Of a DNA stretch of 64,000 bases, positions 19,101 to 28,354 are shown one piece after another. Position 1 is the first letter of the stretch. The number at the start of each line of letters is the position of its first letter. The DNA lies in the NCBI GenBank assembly GCA_044892505.1, contig CM097882.1, positions 449,376,001 through 449,440,000 of the forward strand, written 5' to 3'. The DNA comes from Schmidtea nova (lineage: Eukaryota). The notes beneath the pieces were generated by a model. It made no database searches. It was not told the origin of the DNA and was given only the letters and a program-made list of their open reading frames with translations. The translations under genes and the position numbers were made by a program.

Positions 19101-21722
19101 ACGAGGAAGAGAAATAAACAAATCAAACAGAAAATAAACATAACATTAGAAATAAAAGAGATAGAACCAAACGTGAAAGGAGTATGCTGGAGGAAGTACG
19201 AAAAAGAAACAAATGAAAGAAAGACACCACAATGTCGAACAAGCACAGGAGCAACGACGATACAAATAAAAGGTTTAGAAAGTAAACAAACTTATGAAAT
19301 ATGTCTCGTAAAGAAAAATGATCAGATAACGATAAACGACCTAGAATGCGGAATATACACCACTTCATCCGGAACAAGAACTAAAACGATAACACGAAAA
19401 AATAAAAGAAGACAACGAAACAAAGGGAAACCGAAGTACACCACTACCTTTAAAAACAATAAACAACCGATAAGCCAAGAAGTTACGACAAAACCCGAGA
19501 AAAAGACATCAGCAACTCTAACATTATGGAAAATAGAGAATAAAACATTAGAAATATGTTGGATAATAGTTCAGAAACATATAAGAAGACAATCAAGAGA
19601 GTGCAGAAAAACAAATAAAGAAATCAAGATCGAAAAACTACAATTTAATAGCGAGTACGAAGTATGTACAATAGAAAAAACGGACGCACTAGGAAACCAA
19701 CAAGAAAGATGCGAAACCTACTATACACCAGCGAACGCAACATCAAAAGGAATAACAAGGAAACTCGAATTCAGGGAACTAAGCCAAACGAATGAACAAA
19801 TGGACGTAGAAAAAACAATAACCGACCCTCAAGCAAAATGGACACCCGAAGAAGTTATCAAGGAAGTCAAAAGAAAGCAAGAGGAACGGGAACAATTAAT
19901 GAGAAAACTAAAGGGACAATACGGAATAATGTTCAACCAAAGCGAATCTATACAAACAGACGAGAATAAAGAAATTAAAGAACTAATTGGCTTAGGAATA
20001 TTAACAGCGACCATACCAGTAATAATCGCGTTATCAGCTATATGGATACGCAAGATAAACCCAAAGAAATCGGTAACCCAATGGACAAATAGAGACAGTA
20101 CAAGCCATGGAGTGGAAATGCTAGAAGAAGAAGCACGAGAAGAACCAAAAAAGAAAGAAGCAAAAAGCGGAAAACTAGGAATAAACAACAAAGACAAGGA
20201 AATAAAAGAGATTAAAGGAGAAGAGAAAAAATATGAAAGGCGAACCAGAAGCCTACCGCAGAGTTCAACATGGTTGAGTCTAACAATAATATTGACATTA
20301 ATTAATAGGGAAGAAGCAATAAACCCACAGACAGGGATAAAAGTAATAAATGTCCAGGAAGTCGAGAAAATATGTTGGTATAGAGAAGATGAACCAATTG
20401 GAGAAAATAACCCACTAAAATGCATAATCAGAAAATCCGACCAGGATATCGTACGAATAGAAGAAATGGATGGAGGAACCATGCATCGGATATGCATAAT
20501 AGAAAAGGAAAAGAAGTCGGGACTACCTAAGACAGTCGTATGCCAGAAATATGAAACGCCTAGACTTGAATGGTATAGAGTAAAACCAACAAAGAAAGAA
20601 ATCAAAAACACAATAGATCAACCAGCAACTCAGATAAAAAACACAACGGATAAACCAGGAGAAGGAGAGAAAAGCACCAATAAAACGAGAGAAAGAATAT
20701 CACCCCAACAGGAGTGCGTATGCATAGCATTAATACTAGCAATGTCCAAACGTATCGATAAAGGAATAATAATAGAACAAATGGCCATAACAATAAGGAA
20801 AACAAGTAGCAACAAACTATGCTGGGGAACATACAACGAACCAAGGAAGGAATACCAAGTTCAGACAAGCGACGAATCACGAACAAACAAGGAAATCGAA
20901 ATACAAGAAATACAAATGAATGAAGAAGGAAGTATATGTATCTGGGAGAAAGGAATCCAAGAGGGAATAGAGCATTGCAAGACATTCCAAAAAGGAGAGA
21001 TACTGAAATTCGATGAAGAAGAATTAACAAGGACAGAAAGAACTCTGACATTAACAGGACTCGATCAGACAGTTAAAGGAATATGTTGGACAAAGCATAA
21101 CCCAGAAGGGGAAGAAGACAACCTAACCCACTGTAGAGAAATAAAGAATAAAGAAAAAGTCGAATTAAAGAAAATGGAAGTAAATAGGACATACGCGATA
21201 TGTACCTTCACCAGAAAAGGTTCAGAAAAACCAGAATGCGGATTATATCATATCTCAGAGAAACTACAACAACAGATCGAACCAGGAAACGTGGAAAACC
21301 GAACAAAAGAAAATAACGTCAAAAAACTACTAAATCGCCATTGGTCTACACAAGAAGTAATGAACAAAGTTAAGAGTCAAATACAGAAAGAGAAGAAGCC
21401 AGAGGCTCAAACCCAAAATGAGATAAAAGCGAACCAGAATAAAAGAGAAACAAACAGTGGAAAAACAATAATAGGATTAATGAGTATAGGAATATTAATA
21501 GCATATGGAATACTGACGACAAGCATAATAGTATATTGGAGATACAGAAAGAGAAACAAAGCGACAGCCATACAATGGCCAGATATCAAAATCGTGAAAC
21601 TAGGAATAGAAATACCAGAGGAGATACAGAAAGAATTTCAAAGAAGAACGAAAGGTAAAGAATTCTGGAAACAAATAGAAGATGAAGAACGATACGAAGA
21701 AAAGACGATAATGATGATATAG
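13116..21722 (+). CDS. pol: Pol (RT, RNase H, integrase) fused to ankyrin repeats and two FN3-like/TM cassettes; entered by a +1 shift near 13112-13115
   Basis: YIDD (13872), LATDAS, H-x6-H..CxxC, MDVIG/TDQG/TERFN triad, GPY motif; then ankyrin-like TPLMTAA, PALHNAI, PIHRAL; seven CW...L..xxYxIC...C modules; TMs near 19983-20048 and 21468-21540. Confidence 0.9.
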   Translation, partial: VNINDNGEIPINMVNFDEEDKIIYENERLGKLTPMMDIELPIEGAGKDKEPTWNIDSELLNEDQKKQLEKLLIEYKDIFAASDLDLGTCDVTLHTIPLTDETPIALRPYKLAEAQKAVAEAEVKKMLDAEVIEPSCSPWQFPVVMVKKKDGTQRFCIDYRRLNTVTKRDTYPLPDINEMLLTLQGAAYFTSLDLKSGYWQIKMKEEDKEKTAFTIGRDLYQFRKMPFGLTNAPASFQRCMNFVTHGIKQCMVYIDDLLIYSSTFEQHIQDIRDVFVRLRQWKLKLKPSKCDWAKEKVTFLGHIVSAKGKEPDPRNIDKVKECPVPKTITQIQEFLGLCGYYRKFIKDYAGIAKPIQELVKKDVSFIWGDEQQTAFETLRDKLITAPILVHPDFKKPFLLATDASGYAAGAVLGQYDDEGKERVIGYYSRTFKKHEKNYSVTEREALAIILAIKHFKYLLWGHIICITTDHQPLVWLGQHKETSSRLMRWAMQLQEYSPDIKFKSGRANANADCMSRLTFPELTDPDVQRICVLIAEDLDFSELKKDQQEDKELGQIIEFLTSRNMEVFKENKELKEHIGKYQHRYIINKGWLLIQDGEKRLMCLPENRRKEIMIQYHDGKLGGHMSEKKTINRMRQKYYWRTMEEDIKEWIKNCLTCATRKDSGKKWKNPLQPMPIPAEPMTTIAMDVIGPLPESLNGNIYILVITDYLTKFPEAFAMQDQKAKTVAKILVEEICCRYGTPKQILTDQGTNFMSELLNEVTNYFRIAKLRTSPYHPQTNGQTERFNGTLIRMLSNYVSRHQTDWDEYIKLCLMAYRMSIHAATKLSPFQLMYGRECNMPIDLEYQPPLSQYMEDDDYVTKFKERMQEIWKTAELNIKFYQESYKDLHDQKKNVKANDLKPGDWVIIETPEIIPGTVKKLQRPGRGPYEIIYKKDNNVKVKLINRPLIRPIYVNTCRCKKVPKTITTTPENRIITRSQTARINMLRANATEDDKAEIRQKEIRNKEIILKAREIMGRWHVRDEVGISRDIRHIISRYAQGLPTEPIISELLEKIPEILLLKDVGGQPALHNAIECKNIERAKEFLKIAKETNQNLDVGNREQETPLMTAAIHQADKEMIDLLIKAHFSWTERDREDKTVLNHVIWSSHQPMLKYIIANSTWEIDELVKRDIIKEAIKIGKCNTIRKLIKWKRPEDDTWVLDINEVYSEGQNALLRYLLKFTCDQKTLLTLLDRGNINITKNEEEYKFDKEKEALFNKIRKWCAKPLDKLITYKDINNFNEKYQTIVSEYEELVKILNHPEKCKQVLEKKERESNKKLTPLFKAEAPYQARLDAIQEKAKELLPEFENSKHALEILGALVEKVHAYAKGTYNGNDIVIIKKEMPVTFLLPKDGIMPIHRALRNGKDRKVMEIARVMQNCGSNMNMIDEKGDTLMVFAARAKTKTKVLEELYKAGAGLTGKTDKDNSILDVALLTHNWEMVNFIKTVPNQEEIDHLTDTVKKPSVLAMMNNVELTESILTWINPNTNEPAFRINKFTEHNQNWCIRSALITYKWPEILKMFMERKDLRITTSPKEEKYTGKWKELMKTYINNWIKAKKEILEYKSTNKVIPEQVETQEFEASNLTTLAYAKLIEEINVEDDIFDEPGGDDNTDSDDDNNSENSSDHEPPDKEENERKDKKRDKEGKKGEDEKQRDEEREQGTNDQGDKNDTQRTGYKSTIKPFFKPELLLLTMIITLINPSQGMTCEERAIIQIKNAKGIERVCWSKKDKITEQNSPMDCRISKHEQEIIEINDLDLDTWYKICTVRKQKHPRSHNTIACAKYQTPKAAMTIQQSPKGDYIIGKCGRTETQRTENKKPQAIDKQTTPTLRITIERPETRIATNETERVSYQMEVLCLALILIIIKRLEEGIEIETMTITEVEDTQNTNIKCWARNNEEIGVNEIRKSRKPTTNKVIKVSEVRADKTYKLCLLEKETNKKGTTKCKTFQPGEVIKFRRRTRKRNKQIKQKINITLEIKEIEPNVKGVCWRKYEKETNERKTPQCRTSTGATTIQIKGLESKQTYEICLVKKNDQITINDLECGIYTTSSGTRTKTITRKNKRRQRNKGKPKYTTTFKNNKQPISQEVTTKPEKKTSATLTLWKIENKTLEICWIIVQKHIRRQSRECRKTNKEIKIEKLQFNSEYEVCTIEKTDALGNQQERCETYYTPANATSKGITRKLEFRELSQTNEQMDVEKTITDPQAKWTPEEVIKEVKRKQEEREQLMRKLKGQYGIMFNQSESIQTDENKEIKELIGLGILTATIPVIIALSAIWIRKINPKKSVTQWTNRDSTSHGVEMLEEEAREEPKKKEAKSGKLGINNKDKEIKEIKGEEKKYERRTRSLPQSSTWLSLTIILTLINREEAINPQTGIKVINVQEVEKICWYREDEPIGENNPLKCIIRKSDQDIVRIEEMDGGTMHRICIIEKEKKSGLPKTVVCQKYETPRLEWYRVKPTKKEIKNTIDQPATQIKNTTDKPGEGEKSTNKTRERISPQQECVCIALILAMSKRIDKGIIIEQMAITIRKTSSNKLCWGTYNEPRKEYQVQTSDESRTNKEIEIQEIQMNEEGSICIWEKGIQEGIEHCKTFQKGEILKFDEEELTRTERTLTLTGLDQTVKGICWTKHNPEGEEDNLTHCREIKNKEKVELKKMEVNRTYAICTFTRKGSEKPECGLYHISEKLQQQIEPGNVENRTKENNVKKLLNRHWSTQEVMNKVKSQIQKEKKPEAQTQNEIKANQNKRETNSGKTIIGLMSIGILIAYGILTTSIIVYWRYRKRNKATAIQWPDIKIVKLGIEIPEEIQKEFQRRTKGKEFWKQIEDEERYEEKTIMMI

Positions 21723-21847
21723 GGGCGGATTATGACTGTAAATAATAGTGTAAATAACAAAGCATTACCGTAATAGTATGGGTATCGATATTATAAAAAT
21801 TGTAAAAAGCTAGAAAAAAAAAGTAAATGATGTATATAATTTAGAAA

Positions 21848-22204
21848 ATGACCGAACAGGACGAAACAACTGAAATAACTATGGCTATGAGATGGAAAGC
21901 ACAATGTGATTTATTAGTACGAACAGTCAACTCATTACAGAACCAATTAGCGGAAAGACAAATGTTATTATCAGAAAGTTATAACAACTGTTTCGAGCAA
22001 TTACACAGAATAGAAGAACAACAAAGAGTGATAACCGAGCTCACCAGAGAAAATCAAAATATAAGCAATATCAATCAAAGACAAGCAATAGAAATAAACC
22101 ATTTAACACGAGGAGAAAGAGAAGGATCCGAAGAAGGATGGATGAGTTGGGTAATAAATAGATTAAACAACGAAGCGGAACCAGATTCAACGAATGAGCC
22201 ATAG
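21848..22204 (+). CDS. Accessory coiled-coil protein, 118 aa
   Basis: ATG ORF with heptad pattern and the same A-rich usage as the element; bounded by short AT-rich spacers. Confidence 0.7.
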   Translation: MTEQDETTEITMAMRWKAQCDLLVRTVNSLQNQLAERQMLLSESYNNCFEQLHRIEEQQRVITELTRENQNISNINQRQAIEINHLTRGEREGSEEGWMSWVINRLNNEAEPDSTNEP

Positions 22205-22296
22205 ATAAATAAAGCGGAAAACTGTAAATATGTAAAAATAAAAACAAGAAAAACCAAAAATAAATGACAAGTCGAATGTATATATTATTGTAGAAA

Positions 22297-23673
22297 ATGG
22301 ACAGAGAAGAACGAATAATCGAAATTTTGAGATTAGAAAACAGAAAATGGAGCAAGAGGCTCACATGCGGAAAATGTAACAATTTATTACGAGAACCCAG
22401 ACAAACGATATGTGGATGTAGAATATGTACAAAATGTATACAAGAATTAGATGCAACAGGAATAACAACATGCCCAGAATGTAAGGAAGGAAGAATAGTG
22501 TTGGACGAAACCAGAACGGACAAGGCAACCCAAAGAGAAATTATGAGCACCACAACGGAGTGCGTAAATACACCTTGTACATGGCAAGGACAAATAGGTA
22601 ATCTAGAAAACCATATGGAAAAGTGCGAGGAGAAAAGAACCGAATGCGAGAAGTGCCAACAGACAATAATTTTAAAGAAGAGAGAACAACACAAGGAAGA
22701 ATGTAAAGAAGAAGAAATCGCATGCGAGTATTGTGAAGCCCGAGAAACAAGGAGAAAAATCGAAGAGGAACATTTGAATATAACAGAGGAGAAAGTATGC
22801 AGACAATATGTAAGTAAATGTCCAAACAATTGCGAAATAACAGAAGAAGTAAAGTTACATGAACATTGGAAAGTATGTAACGAAAGACCAAGAGAATGTC
22901 CATATAACAAACAGGGATGCAAAGAAAAGCGGACGCGGCAATCAATGAAACAACACCTAGAAGAAGCAGCACTAACGCATGTGGAAATGACAAACGAAAC
23001 GACAAAAGAAACGGAACAGACAATCCAGAAATTAGAAAAGGAAGTAGAATCACATAAGATAATGATGAGTTTACTACTAGAAACAAGAGAGCAGTTTGAA
23101 CTAACTCGCGAAAGAATGGAAAAGAAAATAATAGCCATAGAAGAATTAGGAAAAGGAATGAAAATACAATATAATCAATTAATACGAGAAATTGACGAAA
23201 GAAGGGACTTACCAATCGCACCTTACCTATGGAAAGTAACAGATTTCAGAGACAAACTAACAGAAGCCAGAAATATGACGAAAACAGCAGTAATAAGCCC
23301 ACCATTTTATTTATGGAAAAACGGGGTTAAAATAAGATTGAAAGTATACCCAAATGGAGACGGAAGAGGACAAGGAACACACGTGTCAATATTCTTCTCA
23401 CTATGTAAAGGAGAATACGATGACCTAATAGAATGGCCCTTGAAAGTAGGAGTCATTATAAGAATCAAAAGTATGGGAAAACCAGTAGAAAAGTTCTTTG
23501 AAACAGACAAACATTCGAGTACGAGCGAAAAACCAACGACAGAATGCGGACTAGCAGCAGGAGAACCAATGTTTATAAGGAAAGAAAACCTATGGGAGCA
23601 ACTATATGCAGACACGCTATACATAGAGATGGAGAGGCATGAGAAAACAGACAGAAAAGGATGGTTGGCGTAA
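22297..23673 (+). CDS. TRAF-like: Full-length TRAF-family protein (RING, TRAF zinc fingers, coiled coil, MATH)
   Basis: CGKCNNLLREPRQTICGCRICTKC..CPEC RING; CVNTPCTWQG..LENHMEKC zinc fingers; YLWKVTDF..SPPFY..IRLKVYPNGDGRGQGTHVSIFF..KGEYDDLIEWP MATH signature. Confidence 0.93.
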   Translation: MDREERIIEILRLENRKWSKRLTCGKCNNLLREPRQTICGCRICTKCIQELDATGITTCPECKEGRIVLDETRTDKATQREIMSTTTECVNTPCTWQGQIGNLENHMEKCEEKRTECEKCQQTIILKKREQHKEECKEEEIACEYCEARETRRKIEEEHLNITEEKVCRQYVSKCPNNCEITEEVKLHEHWKVCNERPRECPYNKQGCKEKRTRQSMKQHLEEAALTHVEMTNETTKETEQTIQKLEKEVESHKIMMSLLLETREQFELTRERMEKKIIAIEELGKGMKIQYNQLIREIDERRDLPIAPYLWKVTDFRDKLTEARNMTKTAVISPPFYLWKNGVKIRLKVYPNGDGRGQGTHVSIFFSLCKGEYDDLIEWPLKVGVIIRIKSMGKPVEKFFETDKHSSTSEKPTTECGLAAGEPMFIRKENLWEQLYADTLYIEMERHEKTDRKGWLA

Positions 23674-23786
23674 TGAAGGAAGTAACCATGTAAATAAAAT
23701 GTATAGAAACAATATGAATTAACAAATAATCAAAAACAATAAAAATAAAAAATGATTAAATATTCTTTTTATCTGTAATTATAGAA

Positions 23787-24848
23787 ATGGGAAATATAGA
23801 AGTAACCTTACAAGAAGTAACAGTACATCAAGACGAAATGATCAGAAATCACATGGAGCGGATCGGGATATGGATTCATGCCTATTATCGAAAACAGGAG
23901 GAAGTGGAAAGACAAACCCAAGCACTAAGAGAAGCCGAGAAAACGAATCAAAGAAGTCGAGAAAAAATAGAAGAAGTCTACAAACTACTAAGACAACAAA
24001 ACGAATACTACAAAGAGATGATGAAAGAGCGACGAGAGGATAGGGATAGACAACAAATAAAAACAGACCATAAGATCCAGTCAATCACAGAACAAGCAAG
24101 ATATTGGAAGAAAGAGGCAAAAGACTCTTATAAGGAAGCAAGGGAGATAATAGAACGAACAGCGTACAGCGATGATTGGAAACTGTTTAAAGAGATCGAT
24201 GAATTAAAAGAGGAATTAGGACAAAAGATCAGTCAAGAAGCGTCAAATAAAGTATGGAGTAAGAAAAGACAACAATTTATCAGAGAACAAGCTAAGAAAA
24301 TAAAAGAATTAACTTATCAAGTACAAAGAATGGGAGAAGATTTAGCCAACCAGGAACAATTAAAAGGTATGCTGACCGGAATGTGGAATCACAAGGAAGA
24401 AAACATGAAAAGAGACATAAATGGATATCAAGGAGTGATCACCCAGAAGAAAATAGAATTAAAAAGAACTAAAGAAAGACTGGAAGAAACGAGGCAGAGT
24501 TATGAAGAGAATATAACAAATTTGACAAAAGAAAACGAAGAACTGAGAAAGAAGTTGGCAGAAAAACCAACACCAATAAAAGAAACAAGTATCACAGCGG
24601 CAGTGACCGAAATGATGGAGAAGGAAGAGAGAGAGAAAAAATTGGCAGAACTGGAAAAACAAATTGAAACCCTAACAGAACAGGCGAACTATCTGGAATA
24701 CTTATTAGATGAAGAGATCCAGATATCCCACACATACCGAGAAGAAGTCGAAATGTGGAGGAGCACGGTAATATGGATGCCACTCCCCATAAATCAGGTG
24801 GAACCTCAAGACGAAGGTTTTTACGAACCCAACGAAACCCTGGTATAA
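23787..24848 (+). CDS. Accessory long coiled-coil protein, 353 aa
   Basis: Intact ATG ORF rich in E/K/Q heptads. Confidence 0.75.
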   Translation: MGNIEVTLQEVTVHQDEMIRNHMERIGIWIHAYYRKQEEVERQTQALREAEKTNQRSREKIEEVYKLLRQQNEYYKEMMKERREDRDRQQIKTDHKIQSITEQARYWKKEAKDSYKEAREIIERTAYSDDWKLFKEIDELKEELGQKISQEASNKVWSKKRQQFIREQAKKIKELTYQVQRMGEDLANQEQLKGMLTGMWNHKEENMKRDINGYQGVITQKKIELKRTKERLEETRQSYEENITNLTKENEELRKKLAEKPTPIKETSITAAVTEMMEKEEREKKLAELEKQIETLTEQANYLEYLLDEEIQISHTYREEVEMWRSTVIWMPLPINQVEPQDEGFYEPNETLV

Positions 24849-24924
24849 ACGTGCGAAAAACCCAGTGTAAATAAATTATGTAAAATAAAAAGTGTCAAGC
24901 TGTATTGACCAATGTATAAAAGAG

Positions 24925-25494
24925 ATGAGAAAGCTCGCAATAGCAACACTCCTATGGTTAACAACCATTACCCTACAGAGAGAAGATTTACAACTAACCG
25001 AAACCCAATTACGAGTGCTACCCGACAAAATCTACCAGAAAGTAGACAGACTAATCGAAGAAGTAATTAAAGAAATCAACGAATTCCGACAGAAATACCC
25101 TCACAATCAAGACCATCAAATCCAACAAATCTTCGATAACCAACAACTGAAACTAGAAGAAACCCGAAAAATCCTGAAAGAAGGTAGAGAACCCATAAAA
25201 AGCCTATCCCAAGCTGAAATAGAACATCAAGAGAAATGGATCATAGCAATCATCATAATCCTAGCAGTCAGCACAACTATCATCGCAATCACAATCCTAA
25301 TTGCCTCATATAGAATAAAAATCCTAAAACAAAAGCAGAAAATCTACAACCAAACCTCCAGACGAGATAACCGAGCTCAAAGACGAATAAGGAGCCATCT
25401 CAACCATATTCAAACCCACTACGAGCTACAAATGATCAACGAGAGGACCCGAACTCAACCCCAAGCGAGCCAGACGATCGAACAAATTGTATAA
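24925..25494 (+). CDS. Small type I membrane-like protein (signal-like N-terminus, one TM)
   Basis: ATG at 24925, MRKLAIATLLWLTTITL; TM WIIAIIIILAVSTTIIAITILIASY followed by a basic tail. Confidence 0.7.
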   Translation: MRKLAIATLLWLTTITLQREDLQLTETQLRVLPDKIYQKVDRLIEEVIKEINEFRQKYPHNQDHQIQQIFDNQQLKLEETRKILKEGREPIKSLSQAEIEHQEKWIIAIIIILAVSTTIIAITILIASYRIKILKQKQKIYNQTSRRDNRAQRRIRSHLNHIQTHYELQMINERTRTQPQASQTIEQIV

Positions 25495-25663
25495 ACATTA
25501 TGATAAACTTGTCGAACTATTGTAACAAATCATTACATTTTGACTATTTAGTGACAAACTTTATGATATGTATAAATTCGATCACCTTATGTGATTTTTT
25601 CTTTGCATGTATAACTTTATAAAACTTTTTATGGATGATGAATATAAGTAGTTATGTATAATT

Positions 25664-25698
25664 AATTGCGGGACGCAATTTTAGGGGTCCCCGGGTGA
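25664..25698 (+). other. GGA-loop hairpin plus G-rich tract (PPT region)
   Basis: AATTGCG-GGA-CGCAATT, then TTAGGGGTCCCCGGGTGA directly before TGTTGGG; the tract is not purine-pure. Confidence 0.55.
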
Positions 25699-26050
25699 TG
25701 TTGGGCCCGCCAAATCACCTAAAAACACAATAAAACGAACAAAAGCATGAAACAATAAAGAAATAATAAAAATAAAAATAGCAAGAAAAACAAATTAAAA
25801 ATAACAATAAAACGACAAATAATAATTGATAAATTTTCAGTAAAAGGAAATTTTGAAAATAAACCGGTAAACAACCGCAAAGGGGGGCCTGAAATAAGAA
25901 AAAAAAAATAGAATTAAATAAAATAATAGTACAAATAATTAATTAATTACTTAGAAAATCAGGACCACCCAGCGAGAAACCGGAAAAGGAAACAAAATAA
26001 TGTTTAGATTAGAATAAAATAATAAAAATACTTTGATGGACGGCCTGATC

Positions 26051-26088
26051 CTGATTGGTCAATCCAACCAGACGGATCAGTATAAATA
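26051..26088 (+). promoter_or_regulatory. Candidate LTR promoter (inverted CCAAT plus TATA)
   Basis: CTGATTGGTC at 26051 and TATAAATA at 26081. Confidence 0.5.
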
Positions 26089-27093
26089 CCGATCCAAAAA
26101 TCACAACAACAGACTTGAGACGTTTTACATTTCACTTACAATCAAGACTAAACTTTGATTTAAGTAACATTTCCTTTAACGAAGCGAGAATTTTTTGAAA
26201 AAACAGAATTCAAGTACGGAACGTAATTTTGATTGTTATTTTTTATGTACCCATGATTTTTATTTGATTAAAATTTTATATGTAAACGTTATTTTATTTT
26301 TTCATTGATTATTGACACTTTAATGCATATAGCTATACTTCCTATGCTGCTCACGCGGCGAGGGAGTCCGAGTCGTCGTCGTGGGGCCTCAGGGTCTCAC
26401 ATGGCGGTTCAACCTTTTTATTATTTAATTTAGAGGTGAAGTTTTATCTAGAAAATTTGATTGAATTTTTAGTCTAATACAGACCATTTGCAAATTATTT
26501 AATTTTGGGTTGCACAACGGACGAAGGTCGAGGGCCAAATATGTAGATTGCGGAGGGCGGATGGATAAGGAGGGACACACCATGGTAGGGCATGCTCAGT
26601 CTTTAAATTTTTGGTAAATTGAATCGAAAGGGAACCTCCCGCATGGAAAACAGTGAGCAACAACTAAAATAAATTTGAATAATTTCGTTGGAATGAGAAA
26701 ATCCAACGTAGTCCAAAGTCCGATTTCATTCGGAATCAGCATTTCGCCTACAAAATTCTAATATCGATAAATTCCGATCGCGATGGAATGCGTCGGAAAA
26801 TCCAAATTAAATTAGTTACTAAAAATAGGCCGATCGTCGTATATGACGCGGTTTCCCAAGTTATTCTCCGATCGCTGTATATAGCGCGGAAATCTTGATT
26901 AAATTTGATAATTCCTGAATGCTGTATATAGCACAGGACTAATTATGAACTCTTTATTCCGACCGTGGTAGATCACGGCGGAGAGAAATAAAATTAATCT
27001 TATTTTTTAACTGTTGTGATTATATGCAACATAATTAAATTATCAACGAATTTCCCCCTTAACTCATATTTATATCCAATAAATGTAATATAG

Positions 27094-27573
27094 ATGTCGA
27101 CAGCTGAACTTACAAATCAATTAACGCAACTACGGAATATGGAGCAAGGGAATCTGCGGAATGAAAATCTCTCGCAGCTCAAGGAACTACCAGCATCGAT
27201 ATTGCGAACCCTCAACTGCCAAATGTATAAGTGGCGACAGGGGTTTGGCCGAAAATGCCCGTTCTCGATATGGACAGGAGGGCACGACCAAATATTCTAT
27301 CGAGGAGGACCGAACTGGCCGATTTCTCAAAGGCCGTACTCAAACAAATTTGGCCGACTTGTCGTACTGATCAAGGACACCGATGGACAGACAAGCCGAG
27401 TAATTTATTGGGGGCATATCCCTCGTCGAGAGCTGTGCCAATTGGGTCTGCACGAATTCCTGCCGCGAAAACCCTTCGGCAAGGAATGCCAGAAAGGACA
27501 ACCTGCGTTTTCCTGGGCTCGTCTCCGTCAGAAACCGATTAACAGCGAATTACATAGCCTGTTTCGGAGATAA
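27094..27573 (+). CDS. LTR ORF A, 3' LTR copy
   Basis: Same as 521-1000 except one L/F change. Confidence 0.5.
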   Translation: MSTAELTNQLTQLRNMEQGNLRNENLSQLKELPASILRTLNCQMYKWRQGFGRKCPFSIWTGGHDQIFYRGGPNWPISQRPYSNKFGRLVVLIKDTDGQTSRVIYWGHIPRRELCQLGLHEFLPRKPFGKECQKGQPAFSWARLRQKPINSELHSLFRR

Positions 27574-27757
27574 GAACTGATTGTCAAATCTTTCAAATTG
27601 TGATTAAATATTAATATTCAGCAGTGTTTTTGTTATGTTGTTTTGAGTTTTGGTATTGTGTTTTTAATAATTCATATTCGTAACCAAATAGCCCTATGAT
27701 CAGTTTCATTTTTCACATCATTTAATCATAGAGTAAATATCCTAAATACATTATAGA

Positions 27758-28354
27758 ATGAACCCAGATTTGATGCAGAAAGAATTGGAAAAGATGTGGC
27801 GGATTCGGAGAGCCCAGGACAAGGAATTGGGTCTCCTCAAGGCACAATTGATCAAAGCAGAGGCACAGATTGCATATTTGCGCAAAAGCTGGTTTGCTCC
27901 GGCCCGAATGAAGGAGCAAATCAGTAAAACCGAGCGCGCCCAACAAACTGCAGCCGATTACCAAATGGAATGGGAGGCTACAAAGATAGAACTCCGAAAA
28001 TGCCTCCATTCCGTAACTGCCTCATACATCGAGAAGGAACTCAGAGAGCAAATCCGTCCGATTACGTACCAAGCTTGGACGGCAGAAAAGAAGACAGTAA
28101 ACTCCATTGGAACGGATGTCTCCGATTTAATTGAAAGTCGGAATGTGACAGCTCCTCCAGCCCATTCAACCACTTCATCGGCGACTGCGCACCAGAAACG
28201 CAAGCGCATTGGGCAGAAACGGCGGAGACAGAGAAAATTATTTGCCCAGCAATTACAAATCCAAGTCGATGGTCTACGTCAGATGACTGAGGAAGCATTA
28301 TTGACGGAGATTTTTCCTCCGGCGGGAGTTTTTACCGAACTCATTAAAAATTAA
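27758..28354 (+). CDS. LTR ORF B, 3' LTR copy
   Basis: Identical translation to 1185-1781. Confidence 0.6.
   Translation: MNPDLMQKELEKMWRIRRAQDKELGLLKAQLIKAEAQIAYLRKSWFAPARMKEQISKTERAQQTAADYQMEWEATKIELRKCLHSVTASYIEKELREQIRPITYQAWTAEKKTVNSIGTDVSDLIESRNVTAPPAHSTTSSATAHQKRKRIGQKRRRQRKLFAQQLQIQVDGLRQMTEEALLTEIFPPAGVFTELIKN

Noticed and set aside
4678-24783. Numerous minus-strand F/L/S/V-rich ORFs over the giant element (e.g. 19829-20611, 22071-23138)
   Set aside because: Shadow frames of the extremely A-rich sense strand; no motifs.
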